Origin: Candidatus Synoicihabitans sp.
Lineage (GTDB): Bacteria > Verrucomicrobiota > Verrucomicrobiia > Opitutales > Opitutaceae
DNA length: 64,000 bases
Direction of reading: 5' to 3'
NCBI GenBank assembly: GCA_965203585.1
Contig: CBDBDC010000001.1
Coordinates: forward strand, 4,021 to 68,020
This document shows positions 1-8,897 of the stretch, piece after piece. The stretch's first letter is position 1. Each line of letters opens with the position of its first letter. The position numbers and the translations under genes are program-made. A model generated the notes under the pieces. The model ran no database searches. It saw only the letters and a list, made by a program, of their open reading frames with translations, and was not told where the DNA came from.

Positions 1-418
1 GGATCCGGTGCTGGCCGACGATCTGGCCCAGCAGGTTTTCCTGCAGGTCTGGTTGAAGATCCGTGGCCTGAAGGAGCCGGGTGCCTTTGGCGGGTGGCTC
101 AGAAAACTCGCGATTTCGGTGTGGCTGATGCAAAAGCGTAAACACGATCCGCTCGGTGACGCTGACGACAGCGTGAACGATCCGGTCGCGCCAGCGACGA
201 ACCCGGCGCTTGGTCTGGATCTGGATCAGGCGCTAGCCCAGTTGCCCGACGCCGTGCGGCTTGCGGTCGTGCTCTCGTATCAGGAGGGCATGAGCCACCC
301 GGAAATCGCCGACGCGATCGGCATGCCCGTCGGCACCGTCAAATCGCACATCAATCGAGGATCGAAACGACTGCGCGCGCTGCTGGCCGAGTACGACGGT
401 GATGAGGTAACGATATGA
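1..418 (+). CDS. ECF-type sigma-70 family RNA polymerase sigma factor (5' end cut by window edge)
   Basis: The frame is open from the window start. A region-2-like DDLAQQVFLQVW and a region-4 HTH (LSYQEGMSHPEIADAIGMPVGTVKSHINRGSKRLRALL) are typical of RpoE/ECF sigma factors. The stop overlaps the next start (ATGA). Confidence 0.8.
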   Translation, partial: DPVLADDLAQQVFLQVWLKIRGLKEPGAFGGWLRKLAISVWLMQKRKHDPLGDADDSVNDPVAPATNPALGLDLDQALAQLPDAVRLAVVLSYQEGMSHPEIADAIGMPVGTVKSHINRGSKRLRALLAEYDGDEVTI

Positions 419-810
419 ACGACACGCGCGACCCTGCGGACGACGCGGACTTCGGGGATGACCGTGATGCCGCGCTCGCGGCGCTGTTCGCGACGCCGCC
501 CCCCGTCTCCGACGACGCGGAGTTCACGGCGCGCGTCATGACCCGCACCCGATTCGCGAAAACGCGCCGGTTTGCACCGTGGCTGCTGCTGGCGCTTTGC
601 GCCGCGGGTACCGCCTGGTACCTGGCCGTGCCGTACGAATTCGCGCGCCTCGTCGCAATCGCCTTGACTACGACGCTCGTGGACCTTGGTGAAGGCTGGG
701 TCGCGTGGGTGCTGGCGCCGGTCAACAGCGTCGCCGCGCTGCTGGCGCTCGGTGTCAAGTTCGTCCGGGTCTGGCACCGGCGCTTTGTATCAGCCGCGTT
801 GCCGCGGTGA
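415..810 (+). CDS. Putative membrane anti-sigma factor / hypothetical membrane protein
   Basis: ATGA-coupled to the ECF sigma gene. Acidic N-terminus followed by two hydrophobic helices (WLLLALCAAGTAWYLAV, VLAPVNSVAALLALGV). The call rests on position only. Confidence 0.4.
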   Translation: MNDTRDPADDADFGDDRDAALAALFATPPPVSDDAEFTARVMTRTRFAKTRRFAPWLLLALCAAGTAWYLAVPYEFARLVAIALTTTLVDLGEGWVAWVLAPVNSVAALLALGVKFVRVWHRRFVSAALPR

Positions 811-824
811 GCGGTACACGATGG

Positions 825-1481
825 TCAACGCGTCGGGTAAACCTTGCCGGACGGGCCGTAAAACAGTGCCGCGGGGCGGGTCGGTGAGTCCAGATACGCG
901 CGGATCTTCGGGCGCGCCGCAAAGAACGTCAGGAACGACTGCAGCGCATCGAACGGTGCGAGCGTGTCGGCAAACCTGGCGGCAACGCCGTCGAGCGAAT
1001 GGTAGGCGGCAAAATCGGCGATCGTCAGCGTCCTGCCGGCCCAGAATCCGCTGTCGGATGGATTCTGCGCGTAGAACGCGGCCAGGTCGCTGAGGCGTTC
1101 CGGCAGCTCGGTCTCGACGAACGCGTCTCGACCGGCGTCCGGGTGCGACAGCGCACCGAACAGCGTCGCCACGCGGTTGCCGTAGTCGCGCCAGGCTTCG
1201 ATTGCGACATCACAACGGATCCGCTCTGCTTCGTCGCCGCCCATGAGTCCGTGCTGACGCCCTAAGTGGTTCATGATGGCGAAGGTTTCGGGAATGACCA
1301 GATCACCGTGACGGAACACGGGCATGCGGCGAAACGGCATGCGCGGCTTCAGATCCTGCCATTCCTCGGGTGTCACCATGACGTCGTCAAACTCGATCTC
1401 GAGCTCTGCAAGCAGCATGCGCACCGGCTCGGCGCGGCCGCGGATGTCGAAGTAGGTGAGCTGCGGTCTGATGTTGCTCAC
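825..1481 (-). CDS. Glutathione S-transferase family protein
   Basis: GST N- and C-domain-like sequence (LTYFDIRGRAEPVRMLLAELEIEFDD ... TIADFAAYHSL). I chose the GTG start at 1481 because it forms a GTGA overlap with the upstream gene's stop. The track ORF extends to 1517. Confidence 0.7.
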   Translation of the reverse strand: MSNIRPQLTYFDIRGRAEPVRMLLAELEIEFDDVMVTPEEWQDLKPRMPFRRMPVFRHGDLVIPETFAIMNHLGRQHGLMGGDEAERIRCDVAIEAWRDYGNRVATLFGALSHPDAGRDAFVETELPERLSDLAAFYAQNPSDSGFWAGRTLTIADFAAYHSLDGVAARFADTLAPFDALQSFLTFFAARPKIRAYLDSPTRPAALFYGPSGKVYPTR

Positions 1482-2107
1482 GGCGCCGTCCCGGCATTCT
1501 CGGCGACCACCAGCCACAGCGGGTCACCGGTGTCCGGAGACCGATCGATGAAGCCGACGTTGGCCAGGCCGCCCTCGGTGCAGAAGTGGGCAACCAGCTG
1601 CGCTCGCTGATCGCGGCTCGCCTGGTGAAACGCGAGGATCGCCTTGGTCGGAAACAGCCTGTGCGACATCGCGATACAGATCCTGCCGCCCGGCCGCAGC
1701 ACGCGGGCGACCGATGTCATGACCTCCATGGGTCTGATCAGATACTGGATCGATACCGCAATCAACACCCGGTCGAACGACGCCGGTTCGTAGGGCAGGG
1801 CGGGTTCGTCGTTCAAGTTGTGCACACAGTAGTCGCTGAGCCGGCGGTTGGCCGCTAACTCGGCGTCGTTCATGCCGAGCCCGGACACACGGCCGAGCGG
1901 CTTGTGCTCCGGCAGGTGAGACACCCAGGACGACATCAGATCCAGCACGTCCGCGCCATCTGGAATGAACTCGTCGTAGAACCCGGTCAGTGCGTCAATT
2001 GTCGTCTGATCGATGTGCGTGACGAACCGCAGCTGGACGTAAAAGTTGGCGTCCGGAGTCTGATCCTGGCGCCAGAAGAAATCGGGGTGGAGCTCCAGAT
2101 CACTCAT
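1478..2107 (-). CDS. Class I SAM-dependent methyltransferase
   Basis: Methyltransferase type-11-like core (VLDLMSSWVSHLP ... FDRVLIAVSIQYL ... VLRPGGRICIAMS). Confidence 0.7.
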   Translation of the reverse strand: MSDLELHPDFFWRQDQTPDANFYVQLRFVTHIDQTTIDALTGFYDEFIPDGADVLDLMSSWVSHLPEHKPLGRVSGLGMNDAELAANRRLSDYCVHNLNDEPALPYEPASFDRVLIAVSIQYLIRPMEVMTSVARVLRPGGRICIAMSHRLFPTKAILAFHQASRDQRAQLVAHFCTEGGLANVGFIDRSPDTGDPLWLVVAENAGTAP

Positions 2108-2155
2108 CTCGAGGTTATCCCGCGGCCCGGTCCCGGGACGGATCCGTTGCCCGCG

Positions 2156-3352
2156 TCACTCACCGGAGTACTCGATCAGGGCGCCGTTTGCCTTCAGTGC
2201 GTCGATGTCGTGTTGCGCGACGCCGACCGACTGCAGGATCTCGGCAGAATGCTCACCCAGGCGTGGCGCTGGTGCCCGAATCTCGGCCGGCGTTTCGTCG
2301 AATCTGATCGGCGGCCGCGCCTGACGTACCTGGCCGTGCTCCGCGAAGTCGTAGATGGCGATCGTGTCGTTGGCCAGCACCTGTTCGTGGTCGATCAGTT
2401 CGGTACGTTTCAGCAGTGGCGCCGACGGCACGCCGTTCGCGTCGAGCCTCGGCAGCAGCTCGTCGCGGTCCCACTGGCTGATCTCTTCCGCGGTCATGCG
2501 TTTCCTGAGCTCGGCGTTCCTGAATCGCTCGGTCGTCGTTGCGAATCGCTCGTCATCGATCCATTCGGGTTTGCTCAGCGCCGTGCACATGCCGCGCCAC
2601 TCGGCGTCGGATACTGCGCCGGCGGTAATGTAGCCGGTTTTTGTTTCGTAGATCAGGTCCATCGTGCCCTGATATTTGGTGACGTCGATTTCGTCGCCGA
2701 CAAACGTCAGGCCCGACATGCCTTCCGGCCAGAAGAACGACACCATCGTGTCCAGCATCGACAGCCGCACGTGTTGCCCCTTGCCCATTCGCTCGCGCGC
2801 AAACAGCGCCGACGAGACGGCTTGCGCGGCCGTCAGCGACGTGACCTTGTCGCAGACGATGATCCGGAACATCTTGGGCCGACCCGTTTCACGATCCGCC
2901 TGGATGTCGGTTGCACCGGTCAACGCCTGAATCACGGGGTCGTAGACCCGCTGATTGGCGTACGGTCCGGACTCGCCGAAGCCGCTGATGGACAGGTACA
3001 CCACGTCGGGATTGATTTCGCGCACCATCGGCTCTCCGAACCCCATGCGGTCGATCGCGCCTGGCCTGAAGTTCTGCATGACCACGTCGGCGGTCGCCAG
3101 CAGTTTCATCAGAGGTTCGCGTGTGGCCGGGTCCTTCAGGTCCAGGCACAGGGAACGCTTACCGCGATTACACGAGAAAAAGCCGGCCGTGACGCCGTTG
3201 CGCTTGTTGCCGATGTGCCGCATTTCGTCGCCGCGCGGCGACTCGACCTTGATTACGTCGGCACCCTGATCCGCGAGCATCGCCGCCGCGAACGGGCCGG
3301 ATACCATCGCGGTGAAGTCGACGACGCGAATGCCGTCCAACGGTCCTGGCAT
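2156..3352 (-). CDS. CaiB/BaiF family (class III) CoA-transferase
   Basis: N-terminal hallmark LDGIRVVDFTAMVSGPFAAAMLADQGADVIKVE and a full-length 398-aa family III CoA-transferase-like sequence. Confidence 0.85.
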   Translation of the reverse strand: MPGPLDGIRVVDFTAMVSGPFAAAMLADQGADVIKVESPRGDEMRHIGNKRNGVTAGFFSCNRGKRSLCLDLKDPATREPLMKLLATADVVMQNFRPGAIDRMGFGEPMVREINPDVVYLSISGFGESGPYANQRVYDPVIQALTGATDIQADRETGRPKMFRIIVCDKVTSLTAAQAVSSALFARERMGKGQHVRLSMLDTMVSFFWPEGMSGLTFVGDEIDVTKYQGTMDLIYETKTGYITAGAVSDAEWRGMCTALSKPEWIDDERFATTTERFRNAELRKRMTAEEISQWDRDELLPRLDANGVPSAPLLKRTELIDHEQVLANDTIAIYDFAEHGQVRQARPPIRFDETPAEIRAPAPRLGEHSAEILQSVGVAQHDIDALKANGALIEYSGE

Positions 3353-3492
3353 GGAGACTCCCTCGATTGCTTGGCGGCTGGGCCCGTCAGTTTCCCAGAC
3401 TGCCCGCGCATGTCAAAGCGGGCGCGTGTCCGCTACCCAGTTGCCGAGATTCTTGCGATGCTAGTCCGCTTCGATCGGGTAGGGGGGAACCG

Positions 3493-6400
3493 ATGGCCGT
3501 AACGAGGCTGCTGATTGCCAACCGGGGCGAGATCGCGGTACGCATTGCGCGAGCGGCGCGCGAACTGGATATCACGACAACCGCGGTTTATGCGGAAGAC
3601 GAGGCCGCGTCGCTGCATGTCGTCAAGTGTGATCGATCGGTTGCGCTGGCGGGCGCCGGCGCGCAAGCCTATCTGGACGTTGATGCTCTGGTCCGCGCCG
3701 CACTCGACGACGGCTGCGATGCGCTGCATCCCGGATACGGGTTTCTAAGCGAAAACGCGGCGCTTGCGGACGCCTGCGAAGCCGCCGGCCTGATCTTCGT
3801 GGGGCCGCGGCCCGGGCTGCTGCGGTTGTTCGGCGACAAGGTCCGTGCCCGCGCGGCTGCAAGCGATGCTGGCGTGCCGGTGCTGGACGGCACGACGGCG
3901 GCCACGTCGCTCGACGAATGCCGGAACTTTTTTGCCGCGCATCCGGCAGGCGTCATGATCAAGGCCGTGGCTGGAGGCGGTGGCCGTGGTATGCGCGCCG
4001 TAACCGACGCGGACGCGCTCGATGACGCGTACGAGCGTTGCCGTTCCGAGGCGCGGGCTGCGTTCGGTGACGACGAGGTCTACGTCGAAGAGCTCATCAG
4101 CGATGCGCGCCACATCGAGGTGCAGATCGTCGGCGACGGCGACCGGGTGGTGCATCTGGGCGAACGTGACTGTTCCATTCAGCGCCGGCATCAGAAGATC
4201 GTCGAGATTGCGCCGTCACCGGGTTTATCGGCCGAGATGCGCGACACCGTTGCGCAAGCGGCCGTCGGGTTTGCGTCGGCGGTTGGTTACAGCAGTCTCG
4301 GCACGTTCGAGTTCCTGGTCACCGATTCGCGGGTCGCGTTCATCGAGGCCAACGCCCGGCTGCAGGTCGAGCACACGATCACCGAGCAGGTCACCGGTGT
4401 CGACCTGGTTCGCAGTCAGCTGCTGCTCGCCGGCGGCGGCCGGTTGGGAGCCGGCGATCTTGCGCTGCCGGAAGCTGTGCCTGACGGATTTGCCGTACAG
4501 GTGCGCGTCAACATGGAGCGAATGACCGAAACCGGCGACGTCGTCCCGTCCGGCGGCGTACTGACTGCATTCGAACCGCCGAGCGGACCGGGCGTGCGCA
4601 CCGACACGTTCGGATATGCCGGATACGCGACAAGCCCCCGATACGACTCGCTGCTTGCAAAGGTCATCGGGCATCGTCCGGGCGGCAGCTACGCTGACGC
4701 ACTGAAACGTACCTGTCAGGCACTCCAGGAATTTCGTGTCGACGGCGTAGCCACCAACATCGACTTTGCGCTCGCGGTGCTGACACACGAGGCGGTGGTC
4801 GCGGGCAATTTCAACACGCGCTTTGTAGACGACCACATTGCCGCTCTCGTCAACGGCGTGGCGCACGTCAGGCGCCACTTCCCGGCGGCGCCTGAAGCGC
4901 CGGCAGGTACCGCAGCCGGCGCGACACCGTCGCTGGCCGGCGCGCGGATCGACAGCTCGGATCCGCTGGCGGTGCTCGATTACGGTCAGGTGCAGGCGCG
5001 CGCAGAGGCGCCTGCCGCCGCTGCGTCAGCGGTCGCGCCGGCGGTCGCCGCCGCACCGGACGGCACCGTCCCGGTGACCGCGCCGTTGCAGGGCACCATC
5101 GTGTCACTGGACGTTGCCGAGCAGGATGTCATTGCGGCAGGACAGACCGTCGCGATCATGGAATCGATGAAAATGGAGCACGAGGTTCGCGCCGAGGTTT
5201 CGGGCACGGTCCGGTCCGTTGGCGTTGCGGCGGGTGACACTGTTTACGAGGGGCACGCGCTGTTGTTCGTCGAAGCGGGTGATGTCGACGTAGACGTTGC
5301 CACGACCGGAGAAGACGTCGACCTCGACTACATCCGTCCGGACCTGGATGAGGTTGCGAAGCGCCACGACAAGACACTGGACGCCGCGCGACCCGAAGCG
5401 GTTGCGCGGCGACACGGAAAGAACCAGCGAACGGCGCGCGAAAACGTCGAGCATCTGTGCGACCCCGGCTCGTTCGTCGAATACGGCTCGCTGGTGCTTG
5501 CCGCGCAGCGCCGCCGCCGCAGTATCGAAGACCTGATCGACAAGACCCCGGCTGACGGCATGATTACCGGAGTCGGAGCGATCAATGGCGATCTCTTCGG
5601 TGACCCGGCCGCGCGCTCGGTGGTCATGGCGTACGACTACACGGTGCTCGCCGGCACGCAGGGCGGCCAGAACCATCGCAAGACCGATCGCATGATCGAG
5701 GTCGCCGAGTCCGGGACCATGCCGATGGTCCTGTTTGCCGAAGGCGGCGGCGGTCGACCCGGCGACACCGACGGCATTGGCACGAGCGAGCAGCGCACGT
5801 TCTCGCGGTTTGCCCAGCTGTCCGGCCTGGTGCCAATGATCGGAATCACGTCAGGCCGCTGTTTTGCCGGCAACGCATCGCTGCTCGGTTGCTGCGACGT
5901 GATCATCGCAACCGCTGGCTCGAACATCGGCATGGGCGGTCCGGCGATGATCGAAGGCGGCGGGCTCGGCATCTATGCGCCGGAAGAGATCGGGCCGATG
6001 GACGTGCAGGTGCCGAATGGCGTGGTCGACGTGCTGGTCGACGACGAAACGGCGGCTGTGGACGCGGCTAAGCGCTACCTCTCCTATTTCCAGGGACGGC
6101 TGCCTGCGTGGGAGGCGCCCGACCAGCGCGCGATGCGGCGCATAGTTCCTGAAAACCGGTTGCGCGTTTACGAAGTTCGCGACGTCGTCGCGACGCTCGC
6201 CGATGAAGGCTCGATCATGGAAATCCGTCCGGAATTCGGCACCGGCATGATCACATCGCTGATCCGGGTCGAAGGCCGAGCTGTTGGCGTCATCGCCAAC
6301 AATCCCAGACATCTCGGCGGCGCGATAGACAGTGACGGCGCCGACAAGGGCGCGCGGTTCATGCAGCTGTGCGACGCCTTCGACGTTCCGCTGCTCTATC

Positions 6401-6879
6401 TGTGCGACACGCCCGGCATCATGGTTGGTCCCGAAATCGAACGAACGGCGCTCGTGCGTCACTCATCCCGCATGTTCGTCATCGGTGCCAATCTGTCGGT
6501 GCCGTTTTTCACGGTCATACTGCGCAAGGCATATGGACTCGGCGCCATTGCGATGGCCGGCGGCAGCTACAAGGTCCCCACGTTCAGCGTGTCGTGGCCA
6601 ACGGGCGAATTCGGGGGCATGGGACTCGAGGGGTCCGTGAAACTCGGGTATCGCAACGAACTCGCGGCCATCGAGGACCCGCAGGCGCGCGCCGCGAAAT
6701 ACGAGGAAATGGTTGCCCGCGCGTACGAGTCGGGCAAGGCGTTGAACCACGCGTCGCTGTTCGGCGTCGACGACACGATCGATCCCGCGGATACGCGGTG
6801 GTGGCTCGCAAGCCTGCTGAATTCGATCCGCACCGAACCGCGGCGGGGTAAAAAGCGTGCCGCGATAGATGCCTGGTAG
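3493..6879 (+). CDS. Single-chain acyl-CoA carboxylase (biotin carboxylase + BCCP + carboxyltransferase fused)
   Basis: Biotin carboxylase N-terminus (RLLIANRGEIAVRIARAAREL). BCCP motif AIMESMKMEHEV with the biotinyl-Lys codon at 5170-5172. Carboxyltransferase domain (YDYTVLAGTQGGQNHRKTDR ... FAEGGGGRPGD). The ATG at 3493 follows the SD-like AGGGGGGAA; the track ORF starts at 3367. Confidence 0.85.
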   Translation: MAVTRLLIANRGEIAVRIARAARELDITTTAVYAEDEAASLHVVKCDRSVALAGAGAQAYLDVDALVRAALDDGCDALHPGYGFLSENAALADACEAAGLIFVGPRPGLLRLFGDKVRARAAASDAGVPVLDGTTAATSLDECRNFFAAHPAGVMIKAVAGGGGRGMRAVTDADALDDAYERCRSEARAAFGDDEVYVEELISDARHIEVQIVGDGDRVVHLGERDCSIQRRHQKIVEIAPSPGLSAEMRDTVAQAAVGFASAVGYSSLGTFEFLVTDSRVAFIEANARLQVEHTITEQVTGVDLVRSQLLLAGGGRLGAGDLALPEAVPDGFAVQVRVNMERMTETGDVVPSGGVLTAFEPPSGPGVRTDTFGYAGYATSPRYDSLLAKVIGHRPGGSYADALKRTCQALQEFRVDGVATNIDFALAVLTHEAVVAGNFNTRFVDDHIAALVNGVAHVRRHFPAAPEAPAGTAAGATPSLAGARIDSSDPLAVLDYGQVQARAEAPAAAASAVAPAVAAAPDGTVPVTAPLQGTIVSLDVAEQDVIAAGQTVAIMESMKMEHEVRAEVSGTVRSVGVAAGDTVYEGHALLFVEAGDVDVDVATTGEDVDLDYIRPDLDEVAKRHDKTLDAARPEAVARRHGKNQRTARENVEHLCDPGSFVEYGSLVLAAQRRRRSIEDLIDKTPADGMITGVGAINGDLFGDPAARSVVMAYDYTVLAGTQGGQNHRKTDRMIEVAESGTMPMVLFAEGGGGRPGDTDGIGTSEQRTFSRFAQLSGLVPMIGITSGRCFAGNASLLGCCDVIIATAGSNIGMGGPAMIEGGGLGIYAPEEIGPMDVQVPNGVVDVLVDDETAAVDAAKRYLSYFQGRLPAWEAPDQRAMRRIVPENRLRVYEVRDVVATLADEGSIMEIRPEFGTGMITSLIRVEGRAVGVIANNPRHLGGAIDSDGADKGARFMQLCDAFDVPLLYLCDTPGIMVGPEIERTALVRHSSRMFVIGANLSVPFFTVILRKAYGLGAIAMAGGSYKVPTFSVSWPTGEFGGMGLEGSVKLGYRNELAAIEDPQARAAKYEEMVARAYESGKALNHASLFGVDDTIDPADTRWWLASLLNSIRTEPRRGKKRAAIDAW

Positions 6880-6905
6880 CACTGACGAACCCAAGGAGAG
6901 AAAGG

Positions 6906-7820
6906 ATGCAGCTGACTGTTGATTTTCCGAGCGTGAGCTACCGTGACGGCCCCGACGGCATCATCCGGCTGGCGCAGGCGATCGAAGCCATCGGGTATAC
7001 GGAACTCGACATGTTCGACCACGTGATCATGGGTTACCCGATACCGGAACGGACCGGGTTGCGGTACCCGGCGAAGATGCCGATTCTGGAAGCATTGATG
7101 ACCCTGTCGTTTGTCGCGAGCGCAACCAGCACGATCCGGCTCGGTACCGAGGTGCTCGTGTTGCCGCAGCGCCAGCCTGTGCTGGTCGCCAAACAGGTCA
7201 GCACGCTCGACACGCTGTCCGGCGGCCGGGTGCGGCTCGGCGTCGGTGTCGGCTGGCAGGAGTCGGAGTATGACGCGCTGGAAGAACCGTTCGGCAACCG
7301 AGGCCGGCGCATGAACGAGGCGATCGATGTGCTGCGCGCCTGCTTTCGCGACCAGCAGATCGATTACGGCGGCGATCACTACTCGATCACTGCAATGGCG
7401 ATGGAGCCGAAACCGCCGCAGGGTGCCGCGCTGCCGATCTGGATCGGCGGTACTGCGCCGGCGAGTCTTGCCCGTGTCGGTACGCACGGCGACGGTTGGC
7501 TGGCGACCGCGTTCAGGGACGCCGACAAGGTCAAGGCGTGCCGCGAGGTGATTGAGGAAGCGGCCATCGGCGCGGGCCGCGATCCCGCCGCCATTGGCTA
7601 CCAGAGCATGTTCGACGTGCCACCGACCGACGAAGGCGGCAAGGACTTCTACGCTGACATGGATCGCGTCGGCGCACGCGCGTTGCAGCTGAGAGAACAG
7701 GGCTTCGACTGGGCAGCCGTGAACGTAACCGCGGTGTTTCAGGCCGGGTCGCGCAGCATCGACGCGATGATCGAGGCGCTCGGCAACATTCACGAGCGTG
7801 TCATGGCGGAGGCCGGCTGA
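6906..7820 (+). CDS. Luciferase-like monooxygenase (LLM) family oxidoreductase
   Basis: LLM-like sequence (LGTEVLVLPQRQPVLVAKQVSTLDTLSGGRVRLGVGVGW). GGAGAGAAAGG SD upstream. Cofactor class (FMN or F420) cannot be decided from sequence alone. Confidence 0.7.
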   Translation: MQLTVDFPSVSYRDGPDGIIRLAQAIEAIGYTELDMFDHVIMGYPIPERTGLRYPAKMPILEALMTLSFVASATSTIRLGTEVLVLPQRQPVLVAKQVSTLDTLSGGRVRLGVGVGWQESEYDALEEPFGNRGRRMNEAIDVLRACFRDQQIDYGGDHYSITAMAMEPKPPQGAALPIWIGGTAPASLARVGTHGDGWLATAFRDADKVKACREVIEEAAIGAGRDPAAIGYQSMFDVPPTDEGGKDFYADMDRVGARALQLREQGFDWAAVNVTAVFQAGSRSIDAMIEALGNIHERVMAEAG

Positions 7821-8686
7821 TGGCCGCGCCGCAGACACCCGCGGCACGACTGAGACACCGGCTCGACTCGCCGGGCGTCGTGTTTGCTCCGCTCGCGCTC
7901 GACGCGATCACCGCACGGCTTGCGGAAGCTGCCGGATTTCAGGCGGGATACGTCAGCGGCGGCGCGCTCGGCTACGCCCACGCGGTCAGCGAGGCGTTGC
8001 TGACTCTCGACGAGATCTGCGATGTCACTCGCCACGTTACAGCCAGGAGCGCGTTGCCGATTGTCGTGGACGGGGGCGTCGGCTTCGGTGATCCGGTGCA
8101 CGCGACCCGGATGATGTGGGCGCTCGAACAGGCGGGAGCAGCGGGAGTCGAGATTGAAGATCAGGTCGCGCCCAAACGCGTGAGCCACCATCGAGGCATC
8201 GAGCACCTGATCTCCGAGGTCGACATGGTCGCGAAAATCGAGCACGCGGCCGCGGCCCGGCGGGACGACGACTTCGTGATCATTGCGCGCACCGGCGCGG
8301 TACACAACGAGTCGTTCGAGCACGCGGTGGCGCGCGGCCGCGCGTACCACGCCGCCGGCGCCGATCTGGTGATGCTGATGCCGGGGGACGAGGAACAATG
8401 GCGCGCGGCGCCCGCGGAAATCGACGCGCCGCTGGCGACTATTGCCGCGCTGGATGCGCGAACGGCCGCCGACTGGGATGCGCTGGGATGGCGGTTGGTC
8501 ATCGACCCGTTCACGGCGCAGGTGCTGATGGTCGATGTGGTGCGTGCAGCGTACCAGTCGTTTGCCGCGACCGGCGCCACGGGTCAGACTGTGAAAAACT
8601 TGTTCAGCGTGTATCGGGAGCTGCCCGGCATCGCCGGACTCGAAGAACTCTACGCCATCGAAGATCGTACGACGGAAAAGACCTGA
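7820..8686 (+). CDS. Isocitrate lyase / PEP mutase family protein (methylisocitrate lyase / oxaloacetate decarboxylase-like)
   Basis: APLALDAITARLAEAAGFQAGYVSGGAL ... PIVVDGGVGFGDP ... GAAGVEIEDQVAPKR matches the ICL/PEP-mutase fold signature. The start overlaps the previous stop (TGATG). Confidence 0.7.
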   Translation: MAAPQTPAARLRHRLDSPGVVFAPLALDAITARLAEAAGFQAGYVSGGALGYAHAVSEALLTLDEICDVTRHVTARSALPIVVDGGVGFGDPVHATRMMWALEQAGAAGVEIEDQVAPKRVSHHRGIEHLISEVDMVAKIEHAAAARRDDDFVIIARTGAVHNESFEHAVARGRAYHAAGADLVMLMPGDEEQWRAAPAEIDAPLATIAALDARTAADWDALGWRLVIDPFTAQVLMVDVVRAAYQSFAATGATGQTVKNLFSVYRELPGIAGLEELYAIEDRTTEKT

Positions 8687-8719
8687 ACGATCCGGATCGG
8701 AGACCCAAACGGAATCAAC

Positions 8720-8806
8720 ATGAAACGAACGCTGCTGATCGTTACCATCGTGCTCCTCGCACTCGTACTGATCGGCGCCGGGTACACGTACACACGCGTC
8801 GCATGA
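8720..8806 (+). CDS. Possible 28-aa hydrophobic peptide (MKRTLLIVTIVLLALVLIGAGYTYTRVA)
   Basis: Short ORF below the track's length cut-off, in an otherwise empty 210-bp gap. It has a single TM-like segment and only a weak, distant GGAG upstream. Confidence 0.2.
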   Translation: MKRTLLIVTIVLLALVLIGAGYTYTRVA

Positions 8807-8897
8807 TCGATACGATGCTGGCGCTGCTCGAGACGACCCGTGCGGTCTCCGATCGCCCGTGATGTCCGGCGCAGCGGTTCCCCGCGCCCGGGGGCGA

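Noticed and set aside
1-6. The window begins with GGATCC (a BamHI site), considered as a cloning-junction signature.
   Set aside because: The same hexamer occurs internally (for example near 21435 and 58277). It carries no biological information.
1904-3502. 532-aa plus-strand ORF overlapping the CoA-transferase gene. Similar long antisense ORFs occur at 6567-7847, 11832-12980, 25893-27971, 27701-29137, 30427-31737, 46240-47367 and 47629-49044.
   Set aside because: These are shadow ORFs typical of high-GC DNA. Their translations are Arg/Pro/Gly-rich with no recognisable motifs. The opposite strand or another frame encodes a clearly family-like protein with high third-position GC.
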